64,000 nucleotides of DNA from Candidatus Saccharimonadota bacterium (GTDB taxonomy: Bacteria > Patescibacteriota > Saccharimonadia > Saccharimonadales > UBA4665): NCBI GenBank assembly GCA_028289245.1, contig JAQGGT010000006.1:144948-208947 (forward strand), given 5' to 3'. The translations under genes and the position numbers were made by a program. Positions 36,167 to 44,573 of the stretch are shown piece by piece. The notes under the pieces are model-generated. The model was given only the letters and a program-made list of their open reading frames with translations, did no database searches and was not told where the DNA came from. Every line of letters begins with the position of its first letter. The first letter of the stretch is position 1.

Positions 36167-36277
36167 CTCTCACAACTGCCCGACCGCAAGGTTGAGCAAA
36201 ATTCTATCGTGTGAATAGATTGTTCCGCTTCACGGCGAGAATCACACTGGTTTCGGGAGATAGCCATTAACTCCTAC

Positions 36278-36329
36278 GGAGGATACAAGTGTTAATCGCA
36301 TTCGCGATTGCAAAACACCTGTATCTTCC
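36278..36329. repeat. long imperfect inverted repeat/hairpin at the 3' edge of the high-GC islet
   Basis: GGAGGATACAAGTGTT-AATCGC-attc-GCGATT-gcaa-AACACCTGTATCTTCC. The outer arms of about 13 nt have one mismatch, and there is an inner perfect 6-bp palindrome. Confidence 0.4.
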
Positions 36330-36388
36330 GTCTACTCCATAGATTTTCCAAAGCTATGCTGATGAGTCGTGAACGACGAAAGTAGAAC

Positions 36389-37177
36389 CTAATGGGCGAG
36401 GGGGTGCTCGGCGAGCAGCCAAAGGTTTTCGAACAAAACGCTGAGCGTGCCGACGATTTCTTCGGATTCGACGATGACGGCGGTTTGGCGGCTGTGTGAG
36501 GTGATAAACAAGGCCTTGTTATCGAATAAAATAACTACCGACTTAAACTGCTTACTAAACTCTGGCGCCAGGTAGCGCGGCTTGCGCATCAGTAAATCTT
36601 CGAGTGATAAATTCGGCGTGACGGCCGGGTCTTTTTCCCAGAGGGTGCGGGCTTTAATCTGACGCTCGCGGCGGGTTTGCATGAAGTAGTGCGAATAGTC
36701 AGCGTCGACCTGCGAGAAGAAGTTATCTTTAGGGGCGATAATTTTCCATTGACGGGAGCGGCAGTACAACGCTTTTTCGACGGCCTGTTTAATACCTTCC
36801 AAGCCTTGGTATTTTTCGACGTGGGTGTCGCCAAGGTTTTCGGCTGGTGACACGGGAAAGAGGTGGCTGAGCTCGGTGAGCTGCTGTTTTTGGCGTTCTA
36901 GCTGAACTTCGCGCAGGCTGAGCGTGTGGGCCAGATCGCTCGCACTGGTCATGGTATAGACTAAGCGGCCTTGCTGCCTGGCTTCGGTACAAAAACCTTT
37001 TTGCTTGAGCGTGCCAAGGGCGTGGTATGCCGTAGTGCGGTTGATGCCGGTCTTCTCGACTAGCCAACCAACGCTGGCTTCGGCCGATTCCAGGCCGCAT
37101 AAATAGAGCTGCTGCTCGGTGTCCGTCAGCCCAAGTTCGTTGAGAAAATTAGTAATTTTATAATCTACTGTCGACAT
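36389..37177 (-). CDS. TrmB family transcriptional regulator
   Basis: The N-terminal wHTH is LGLTDTEQQLYLCGLESAEASVGWLVEKTGINRTTAYHALGTLKQKGF. The start is set at MSTVDY (37175-37177). Confidence 0.75.
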   Translation of the reverse strand: MSTVDYKITNFLNELGLTDTEQQLYLCGLESAEASVGWLVEKTGINRTTAYHALGTLKQKGFCTEARQQGRLVYTMTSASDLAHTLSLREVQLERQKQQLTELSHLFPVSPAENLGDTHVEKYQGLEGIKQAVEKALYCRSRQWKIIAPKDNFFSQVDADYSHYFMQTRRERQIKARTLWEKDPAVTPNLSLEDLLMRKPRYLAPEFSKQFKSVVILFDNKALFITSHSRQTAVIVESEEIVGTLSVLFENLWLLAEHPLAH

Positions 37178-37180
37178 ATA

Positions 37181-37224
37181 TAACAGATACAAATTATACT
37201 CTGTTTATATGAGATTGTAAACAG
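37181..37224. promoter_or_regulatory. repeated TAAACAG/CTGTTTA half-sites, candidate TrmB-like operator
   Basis: TAACAG (37181-37186), CTGTTTA (37201-37207) and TAAACAG (37218-37224). The last two form a perfect 7-bp inverted repeat with a 10-nt spacer, in the divergent intergenic region. Confidence 0.3.
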
Positions 37225-37262
37225 CTATGGTATTTTTGCAGCTATTTTTTATAGTGAGGGGT

Positions 37263-38477
37263 ATGAACAGACATCCCAACTATTACCCAGAAGAACCGTA
37301 TCACCTGCCAGAAACTGAACCACTGCCGCTTGCCGAAGCTCGTTTTATGGACCGCCTGGAGCCGCAGTATGAGGAACTGTGGGGTGAGCTGCTCGACAGT
37401 GTCGAAGCCCAGGGCAAACCCGTCAACTCCTTGCTCGTCCCGGTTTGGGCAAGCCCAGAGTTTCCTCAGTCTTTCCGTGATCGGGCCATGCTGTACGTTG
37501 TCGGCAGCGGTCCTCTTATCCAGGCCATGCGTCCTAACGCGAAGCGACTTTTTACGGGCTCTATTCTAGTCGGTGGCATTGATATTAATTATCTGTCCCA
37601 GACATCTGCCTTTACGCCCGCGGCTTTTGCAGCTTGGCTACGCCAAGCCGTAGACTACCAGACAGCCAGTGGTGAAGCCTTGTTCGGTGACGGTGCGATA
37701 CTAGGCTGGGCTAAGGACCTATATGAGGCCGAGGCCATTGATGCGCCCGAATTAGAGCGCTACATTACGAATGTTGACATCACCAAGGCGTCCCCGTGCC
37801 AAGACGACGATGGCTATGATCTGGAGCGCAATCGTTTCCCGATCCTGGCGGACGTGCTCAACTGGCGCCTCACAAAATCGACTACACAGCCGCGGGTGCA
37901 GCAGTGGGCGCTCGGCCGCCTGGAAGACTGGTTGGCCCTGCAGCGGGGTGCTGAGCGGGAGGTGCCGGATTGGGTTCGCAGCGCCACGGCTGAGCAAGGA
38001 CACCAGCTGTATAAAGACATAGCGGCGGCTTGTAGTTATGACCGTCTGCCTTGGCGGGCGGCGTGGCCGGGCATCGAGCACTATGGCTGGGAGCTGGTGA
38101 CAACTGACCAGCGCCTCGCCGTAGAGCTTGCCCAAAAGATGGATGATCCGGAGCTGCGAACTTCGCTGATCACGCATCTACTCATCAAGAACACGGCCGC
38201 GCGCCAAGTCGATACCGGAAAGCCGTATCTTTTTCAGGCCAAACAGCTGAGCTTTATGCGCCAAGCGCTTGGCGCTGCTGAGCCGCAACTGGCGGAGTAT
38301 CTGGACGTAGAAGAAAACATGCGAAGTGAGTACGACGCAGCCTATGAGCTTCGCCGCTTGGCCGACCAGCAACAGTGGCAAGAAGAGTTTCAGAACCGCC
38401 CCGAAGAGGTGGCTAAGCGCGCAGCAGCGACCCGGTTTGAAGGCTTACTACGGGTGATTGGCGAAATACAGAAGTGA
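37263..38477 (+). CDS. hypothetical protein (404 aa), no family recognised
   Basis: A long ORF. The start is set at ATG 37263, with TATAGT (37250-37255) 7 nt upstream. Confidence 0.6.
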   Translation: MNRHPNYYPEEPYHLPETEPLPLAEARFMDRLEPQYEELWGELLDSVEAQGKPVNSLLVPVWASPEFPQSFRDRAMLYVVGSGPLIQAMRPNAKRLFTGSILVGGIDINYLSQTSAFTPAAFAAWLRQAVDYQTASGEALFGDGAILGWAKDLYEAEAIDAPELERYITNVDITKASPCQDDDGYDLERNRFPILADVLNWRLTKSTTQPRVQQWALGRLEDWLALQRGAEREVPDWVRSATAEQGHQLYKDIAAACSYDRLPWRAAWPGIEHYGWELVTTDQRLAVELAQKMDDPELRTSLITHLLIKNTAARQVDTGKPYLFQAKQLSFMRQALGAAEPQLAEYLDVEENMRSEYDAAYELRRLADQQQWQEEFQNRPEEVAKRAAATRFEGLLRVIGEIQK

Positions 38478-38549
38478 TAAAAGAAATAGGCTAGTTGTTC
38501 GTCTTGCGACAGTGTCATAGCCAGGACACTTATGTGCACGCCACGGGGA

Positions 38550-39026
38550 TTACCCGCAACCCGAACCGCTCAAGGAGTGCATCCAGCGCATATCGAGCCC
38601 TGCCAACAGTAAGCCACCGAGACCGACGGTCAGGATAGCCAGGCCGTACATGAGGGGCAGGTAACGCTCATCGTCCTTGCTGAACAGCCCACTGATCCCG
38701 CCGCCAAACGTGCCGACGATGCCGATGGGGATGCCAAAGATAGCGCACATGCCAAATACGGCACTGACCAGCGCCAGCAGAAGTACGAACAATGAGGTAC
38801 CGACACCGGTGTTGCTGCAGTTCTGGACAATCGCGCCGGGCGTGTTGACACCAGACAGAGACTGCCAAGAATCCACCATGAAGCTGGTGATGCCGGTCCT
38901 GTCGTTGATCCACGAGATGGCCAAAGTCAGTAGTAGTAGCGGCCAAATCGACAGCATGATCATGACTAAGCGGCTGGCGAACATATATGAACCTCCTGCT
39001 AGCAAAAATGCTGCAAAAAAGAACAT
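38550..39026 (-). CDS. integral membrane protein, unknown function
   Basis: The start is set at MFFFAAFLL (39024-39026), with AGGAGG 4 nt upstream. It has about 4 TM helices and a Gly-rich segment GIPIGIVGTFGGGISGLF. Confidence 0.55.
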   Translation of the reverse strand: MFFFAAFLLAGGSYMFASRLVMIMLSIWPLLLLTLAISWINDRTGITSFMVDSWQSLSGVNTPGAIVQNCSNTGVGTSLFVLLLALVSAVFGMCAIFGIPIGIVGTFGGGISGLFSKDDERYLPLMYGLAILTVGLGGLLLAGLDMRWMHSLSGSGCG

Positions 39027-39188
39027 GATTCCTCCTAAGAACGGTAAGGGACGTATGCGCAGGCGCACATATGAGTGTATATAACCATAAAAGTGCTGAT
39101 AGAGCAAATATTGGCCGCAAGACTGTGGGCCCCTTATGCATGGCTTAGCATATCGCTCAAGCTAAAAACGTGTAGTTTGGAGGATTAT

Positions 39189-39842
39189 TTACCGACGAGA
39201 GCGCTTAGTGATCTCTTGCAGCAACTTACCTTTGCGGTCGACCGTATTGAGTAAAACTTTACGGCCGGCTTCTTTTTTGCGCTCTGACCTAACGCGGCCT
39301 AAGCTGCTCCAGGCAACTGCATATGCTTCATGGTGGGGAGAGCGATTTTTGATGACTTCGTCTGAGGCAAACGTGGTTTCGATGTCAACACCATAGCGCT
39401 TGAACAGAGTAGCTGCGTTCTGCACGTGATAACTGACGCTCAAAAGCGCGATGTGTTTGTACGATGCGCCAACCAACTGCTTGCTGACTTCATCGGCATT
39501 GCTCGCTGTGTCAATCGAGACTTCTTCGGTAAGTACAGCTTCTTCGGGGACCTCTGGGGAAAAGCGCTGGAAGTAACTGCGCATAGCTTCGGCTTCGGCG
39601 GGGGTGTCCTTGCCGGCGGTCTTACCACCCGAAAACAGGATGTGCATACCGGGCTGATAGAGTTCGCCGACGGCTAACACGTTGAGCCGACTCTCGACAC
39701 TGAGGTGCCACTGATTCGCTTGGATGTCGGCTACCGTTGAGTCAACGCCGATATTTTTACCCAGTACGATCAAGAGATCTGGTGGCGTTGCCACCTGTTC
39801 ACCAGAGAGAAACACTTCATGGTCCATATATATACTATACAT
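39189..39842 (-). CDS. YdcF/ElyC (DUF218) family protein
   Basis: LLIVLGKN..., ILFSGGKTAG...EAEAMRSY and TASNADEV are typical DUF218 motifs. The start is ATG 39842 or 39827. Confidence 0.7.
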   Translation of the reverse strand: MYSIYMDHEVFLSGEQVATPPDLLIVLGKNIGVDSTVADIQANQWHLSVESRLNVLAVGELYQPGMHILFSGGKTAGKDTPAEAEAMRSYFQRFSPEVPEEAVLTEEVSIDTASNADEVSKQLVGASYKHIALLSVSYHVQNAATLFKRYGVDIETTFASDEVIKNRSPHHEAYAVAWSSLGRVRSERKKEAGRKVLLNTVDRKGKLLQEITKRSRR

Positions 39843-39924
39843 CTAAAATGGACTTTTTGCAAGTTTCAGCGTTGAACGTGCCGCGACCAAATAAAAAATC
39901 CCAGCGTTGCTGAGATTCTTTATG

Positions 39925-40001
39925 TGGTAGCGGCGACAAGACTTGAACTTGTGACCCCAGGCTTATGAGTCCTGTGCTCTAACCAGCTGAGCTACGCCGC
40001 C
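39925..40001 (-). tRNA. elongator tRNA-Met (CAU)
   Basis: revcomp = GGCGGCGTAGCTCAGCTGGTTAGAGCACAGGACTCATAAGCCTGGGGTCACAAGTTCAAGTCTTGTCGCCGCTACCA. It closely resembles my recollection of E. coli elongator tRNA-Met (GAGCACA..ACTCATAA....GGGGTCACA). CCA is encoded. Confidence 0.9.
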
Positions 40002-40043
40002 AGGCAAGTCAGGGCTTACTATAGCATGCTCCGTATCTGTTGG

Positions 40044-41687
40044 CTAGCCTTGGTTGAACTGGCTTTTACGGTGCCAATCAATGACTGCTGCAATATCCTG
40101 ATGGGTAATCTTGGCTGGCGACGTACCGGTTTGGCGCTCGTGGCGCATTTTGCGTTTGCGGACTTCTTCGAGGATGGTAGTGACGTCGCTTCCTGTCATG
40201 CCGGCGGCGGCCTGAGCAAGAAGATCAAAGCGAATTGCCGTACCAACTGGGTCATTAGTCTCCATAATGTCGTCAGGGGTCAAATCAAGATCATCAAAGT
40301 CGGCGCCAAACTCGTGCAGATGAAAATAGGGGGTTATTTTTTTGATAAAGATTTTGCTAAGGGTGTCTTCATCGGGAGTGGGGATGATCAACGGCGTTTC
40401 GAAGCGGCCGGCCCGTAGTAAGGCCGGGTCGAAGCCAGAATCGCGGTTGGTCGCGACCACGATGGTGATGCCGGGGTACTTAGGTGACTCATTAAGGATG
40501 GCCTTAAACTCGGCTACGAGTGCGCTGCTAGCACCTTGACTACCGCCGGCCCCGGTACTGAATAGGCCATCGGCTTCATCAAAAAATAGCAACACTGGCT
40601 CAGTCTGGGAGTGTTCTTGCGCGGCCACGAATATTCGGCGTAAATTCTGCACTGGCTCACCCACCCATTTGGAGGTAATACTCGATACCCTAACAGGGTA
40701 ATAGTTGGCGCCAAGTTCGCGGCTGAGGGCTTTGACGAGCTCGGTTTTGCCAACGCCGCCCGGCCCTTGAATGAGTAAGGCTTTGGGTCGGGTGACGCCG
40801 TATTTGTCGTACATGGCAGGCGGTGTAGCAACGTCGCTGGCGTAGTCGCGGAGCCGAGCAATCTCCTTGGTCAGGCCGCCAAAATCATCAAAGCTAGGGA
40901 AGCCCTCATAAGGGTCACGCTTGAAATTAGTAATAGCCGCTTCTTCGTCGGCCGGCTCCGCCGCTTCCTTAGTAGTAGCTATAGGTGGAAGAATTTGCTT
41001 AAGCTCTTGAGGAGCTTTTTCTTGCGCATCTTCGCCTTCGGCCGCATCTGGCAAGTGGTCGGTATTAGATGAGGTTGGGGGGTGCAGAGATACGCCGGGG
41101 AGCCAAAGGGTAGTTTGGGCGCGGCGGGTGTTGCCATTAAGACTGTGGATGAAGTTTGCGACGCGACTTACGCATTGTCCAACGCCGAAAATGGTTTCAT
41201 CCACATCGGTATCTTCATAGCTAAATAAGGCCGAGCCAAGACCGCCGTTTTCGTGAAAAGGCTGGGAGGCGTCGTAACGTTGTGCGGTTACGCCTAACGA
41301 GGCGGTAGACTCGCCGAGCTCGTAGTCCAGTTCAATGTCGTGGAAGATGCCATTAGCTAAATCATGGTCGGTGGCGTAGATGATAGTACGGTCGCTCACG
41401 CTCCGAATATCGTCAGTAGTACAGAGCGCCAATTTGCTAAAAATTTCTATGGGCAGTAACTTTACGCGAGAAGTCAGGATAATACGGCCTAGGCATGAGA
41501 AGTAATTGTTGGTCCGCTCGACGCCGATGCGCAGTTCAACTGAGTCAGATTCTGTAGCAGTTATCAGCCCGAGCGTGATTAAACCGCGTTGGTCGAGTTG
41601 TTCGGACATGTCACCAGATTCTGCTTCGATTTGCAGTAAGTCATTCGGATCACTGATCAGATGCTTATCCATAACGTCTGGCGTCAT
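40044..41687 (-). CDS. classical-clade AAA ATPase with an unassigned ~290-aa N-terminal domain
   Basis: Walker A is GPGGVGKT and Walker B is LLFFDEAD. SKWVGEPVQNLRRIF and the second region of homology ATNRDSGFDPALLRAGRFE are also present. The N-terminal half has no recognisable motif. Confidence 0.8.
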   Translation of the reverse strand: MTPDVMDKHLISDPNDLLQIEAESGDMSEQLDQRGLITLGLITATESDSVELRIGVERTNNYFSCLGRIILTSRVKLLPIEIFSKLALCTTDDIRSVSDRTIIYATDHDLANGIFHDIELDYELGESTASLGVTAQRYDASQPFHENGGLGSALFSYEDTDVDETIFGVGQCVSRVANFIHSLNGNTRRAQTTLWLPGVSLHPPTSSNTDHLPDAAEGEDAQEKAPQELKQILPPIATTKEAAEPADEEAAITNFKRDPYEGFPSFDDFGGLTKEIARLRDYASDVATPPAMYDKYGVTRPKALLIQGPGGVGKTELVKALSRELGANYYPVRVSSITSKWVGEPVQNLRRIFVAAQEHSQTEPVLLFFDEADGLFSTGAGGSQGASSALVAEFKAILNESPKYPGITIVVATNRDSGFDPALLRAGRFETPLIIPTPDEDTLSKIFIKKITPYFHLHEFGADFDDLDLTPDDIMETNDPVGTAIRFDLLAQAAAGMTGSDVTTILEEVRKRKMRHERQTGTSPAKITHQDIAAVIDWHRKSQFNQG

Positions 41688-41721
41688 AATAAAATTCTGA
41701 CCCTAAAAAAGCAAACAAAAA

Positions 41722-42483
41722 CTAGTATGTTTTCAGGAACAGATAGATGGCGGTCGCAAAACCGATGCTGATCACGATCATCCGGATGGTGTGCGAGGGG
41801 ATCTTTTGGGCCAGTACGGCGCCGCTGTAACCGCCGACGGTATTGCCAGCAGCCATGGCTAGGCCGTGATGCCAATCGATCAAGCCGGCGCTGTACAGGC
41901 AAATAATCGATACCAGGGCCATCGAGGCGGCAGCCATGTTCTTGATGGCGTTCATTTGGTGGGTGTCCTGCAACTTGGTAAAGCCCAAAAAGGCCAGCAT
42001 CACAAACCCAAAACCGGCACCGAAGTAGCCGCCGTAAATGCCCAATGGCAGCAGGGCCAGGGCAATGTAGAAGAGTGGGCCGACTCGCTTAGCGCGGCTC
42101 TTCAGATGCTTGTGGAGTTGGTGGTGGAGCAGCGGCTGGAAGGCAAAGAGTACGACGGCAAACAAGATCAGTCCCGGCACCAGCTGCTCGAAATTCTTCG
42201 ATGGCGTGTGGCGCAAAATCGTCGCCCCGATGCCGCCGCCAACGGCACAAGGCACCACTAGCCAGAGGTAGATGCGCGGCGTCTTGCGGAGGTAATCGCG
42301 GTAGCCCAACGCCGAAGCCAGCTGGCCCGGCAGGACGATCAAACTTGAGGTGGCATTGGCCATCAGCGGCGGTATGCCGACCGCGAGCAGTACCGGAAAA
42401 CCGAGCAGCATACCGCCACCGGCAATGGCGTTCATGACACCGACCATGATGCCAACAAAAAATAGCAGTGTATCTATAAGCAT
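41722..42483 (-). CDS. TauE/SafE family sulfite/anion exporter (DUF81)
   Basis: 253 aa with about 8 TM helices. The N-terminus GVMNAIAGGGMLLGFPVLLAVGIPPLMANATS is typical of the family. Confidence 0.85.
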   Translation of the reverse strand: MLIDTLLFFVGIMVGVMNAIAGGGMLLGFPVLLAVGIPPLMANATSSLIVLPGQLASALGYRDYLRKTPRIYLWLVVPCAVGGGIGATILRHTPSKNFEQLVPGLILFAVVLFAFQPLLHHQLHKHLKSRAKRVGPLFYIALALLPLGIYGGYFGAGFGFVMLAFLGFTKLQDTHQMNAIKNMAAASMALVSIICLYSAGLIDWHHGLAMAAGNTVGGYSGAVLAQKIPSHTIRMIVISIGFATAIYLFLKTY

Positions 42484-42535
42484 GTTTGTTTTGAGGTTAT
42501 GGTTTTAGTATAGCAAGTATATGGTCGGATGCTGG

Positions 42536-43096
42536 CTACACTTTTCGCTGTGTAAGCCAGTCGCAAAAGTCATTCCAAGTCGTGGCTAAGCCGCCCATAG
42601 CGGATATCCCGCCGGCGACTTGTTCGGCCACACTGTGCTCACCGCCATCAAAGGAAGTGATTCGTAGGTGGCTGATCTCAGCCTCGCCGCGGGGTGCCTT
42701 GAGGAGTACGCCAACCCTATCGCGCACGAATGCCTGCTCGCCCTGGGCATCACGATAGACAATGTATTGGCGAAGGATAATCGTCCGGTCACTTAGCTCG
42801 GCACAGAGTCGTAAGTAGTCGTCGACCGTGAAGTATTGATCGATATATTTCATGTAGGGACCCGGGAAACCGCCCAGCCCGGGGATAATCCAACTGTCGT
42901 CGGTGATTACCACTGGTGCTTTCAGATGTGCGTAGGCTTGAAGGGCTTTATCGGCAGCAATGGCCTCGCCACTGTCGGCCTGAATTTCGACAAAATCTAG
43001 AGAAAGGCGATCAAAGCTGACGCCACGGGGTTCGCAAACTGCCCGGGCAGCTAAAACCTTGAGATCGTTGCTGGTAATAAAGGTAAAGCTGGCCAC
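42536..43096 (-). CDS. non-canonical purine NTP pyrophosphatase (Ham1/RdgB/ITPase family)
   Basis: FITSNDLK, then EIQ, then ITDDSWIIPGLGGFPGPYMKY, are the family motifs. Confidence 0.75.
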   Translation of the reverse strand: MASFTFITSNDLKVLAARAVCEPRGVSFDRLSLDFVEIQADSGEAIAADKALQAYAHLKAPVVITDDSWIIPGLGGFPGPYMKYIDQYFTVDDYLRLCAELSDRTIILRQYIVYRDAQGEQAFVRDRVGVLLKAPRGEAEISHLRITSFDGGEHSVAEQVAGGISAMGGLATTWNDFCDWLTQRKV

Positions 43097-43608
43097 TAGA
43101 TTATTTGGGTGATTACCGCATTTTTGAAGTGCTCGGAGCCCCTAAACGGAATCTCTGGATGCAGCGTGTGGCGGAGTGCTCGGCCAATGGCGCCATGTGA
43201 GACCACCAGAATCGTGTCGTAGGGCAGGGAATTTAAAAACTCGACCGCTTTGTGGGCTCGTGCCAGAATCTGCTCTTCTGTTTCGACGCCTTCAATGCCG
43301 GTCATGTCCATGTCGGCTTGATAGGCCGTGCCCTCTAGAACGCCAAAACCCCGTTCCATAAACAAGTCCTTGCTGATAATGTCGGCCGCCGGGATATCGA
43401 CCGCACCGGCGATGATGACCGCAGTGTCGTAGGCTCGCTTCATCGGTGAGGTGACGATAGCATTGATACCAAGATGGACTGCTTCCTGGGCGGCGTGTTT
43501 ACATTGCTCGATGCCTTCCGGTGCGAGCGGCGTCTCGGTGCGTCCCGAAAATATGCCCTGTTGATTCATGACACTTAGCCCGTGGCGTACAAAATAGAGG
43601 CGTTTCAT
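43096..43608 (-). CDS. histidine phosphatase family protein (phosphoglycerate mutase-like)
   Basis: LYFVRHGLSVMN is the RHG motif, followed by SGRTETPLAPEG and VSHGAIGRAL. Confidence 0.8.
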   Translation of the reverse strand: MKRLYFVRHGLSVMNQQGIFSGRTETPLAPEGIEQCKHAAQEAVHLGINAIVTSPMKRAYDTAVIIAGAVDIPAADIISKDLFMERGFGVLEGTAYQADMDMTGIEGVETEEQILARAHKAVEFLNSLPYDTILVVSHGAIGRALRHTLHPEIPFRGSEHFKNAVITQII

Positions 43609-43654
43609 AGCTTTAGTATACCGAAGTTGGCGGCTAGGTTGCTATGATGGCAGC

Positions 43655-44539
43655 ATGGATGTTCGGTTAGAGCCAGGTAAGTATGTGATAGCCGTCAGCG
43701 GTGGTGTCGATTCGGTGGTGCTGCTCGATCTGCTCGCCAAACTCGCCGGTGTAGTGCTGGTGGTGGCCCACTTTGATCATGGTATTCGGTTAGATTCGGC
43801 GGCCGACCGTGAGTTTGTGGCCGGTTTGGCAGCCAGCTACGGACTGGCCTTTTTTAGTGCTGAGGGTCATTTGGGTTCCACGGCCAGCGAAGCCACGGCA
43901 CGAGCGGCCCGCTACGACTTTTTGCGCTCCGTGCAGCGTGAGCAGCAAGCCACGGCGATTATCACCGCTCACCACCAGGACGACCGGCTGGAAACGGCTG
44001 TTATTAATATGATTCGCGGCACCGGCCGGCGCGGCCTGACCGCCTTGGCCGACACGCCAGCCGTCCGCCGACCGCTACTAGCCTTACCCAAAACGGCCAT
44101 AGTCGAATACGCGCACCAGCGGGGCCTAAAGTGGCGCGAGGACAGTACTAATAGCGACCAAAAGTACCTCCGAAATTATATTCGCCACCACCTCGTACCG
44201 CGGTTTTCGGCTGCTGGGCGGCAGCAATTCATCGACCATATCGACCGGCTACAGGTGGTTAATATTGAACTTGATGAGTTGCTCAATGAAGTTATTGCCG
44301 ATCATGGCGCGGCGGTGCTGGAGCGAGCTTGGTTTTGTTGCTTCAACCATGCGCAGGCCAAAGAAGTCTTGGCGCAGTGGTTACGAGCCCAATCGTTAAC
44401 TGACTTTGACGCCAAAACTCTTGAGCGGGGGGTCGTTGGTGCTAAAACACTTCCCGCTGGCTCACTCGTGATGCTCAAAAATAATCGGGCTTTGGCCATC
44501 GGCCGCGAAAGCCTAGCACTCACCACTATTGAGCGCTAG
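43655..44539 (+). CDS. tilS: tRNA(Ile)-lysidine synthetase (short form)
   Basis: The PP-loop is VIAVSGGVDSVVLLDLL, followed by HFDHGIR and TAHHQDDRLET. Confidence 0.85.
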   Translation: MDVRLEPGKYVIAVSGGVDSVVLLDLLAKLAGVVLVVAHFDHGIRLDSAADREFVAGLAASYGLAFFSAEGHLGSTASEATARAARYDFLRSVQREQQATAIITAHHQDDRLETAVINMIRGTGRRGLTALADTPAVRRPLLALPKTAIVEYAHQRGLKWREDSTNSDQKYLRNYIRHHLVPRFSAAGRQQFIDHIDRLQVVNIELDELLNEVIADHGAAVLERAWFCCFNHAQAKEVLAQWLRAQSLTDFDAKTLERGVVGAKTLPAGSLVMLKNNRALAIGRESLALTTIER

Positions 44540-44573
44540 TAATGCGCCGAATTCCACGCTATAATAGTGGCTT

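Noticed and set aside
38630-39141. Alternative-frame ORFs overlapping the membrane protein gene (38668-39141 minus, 38677-39084 plus)
   Set aside because: Only the frame starting at 39026 has a strong AGGAGG SD and clear TM-helix periodicity.
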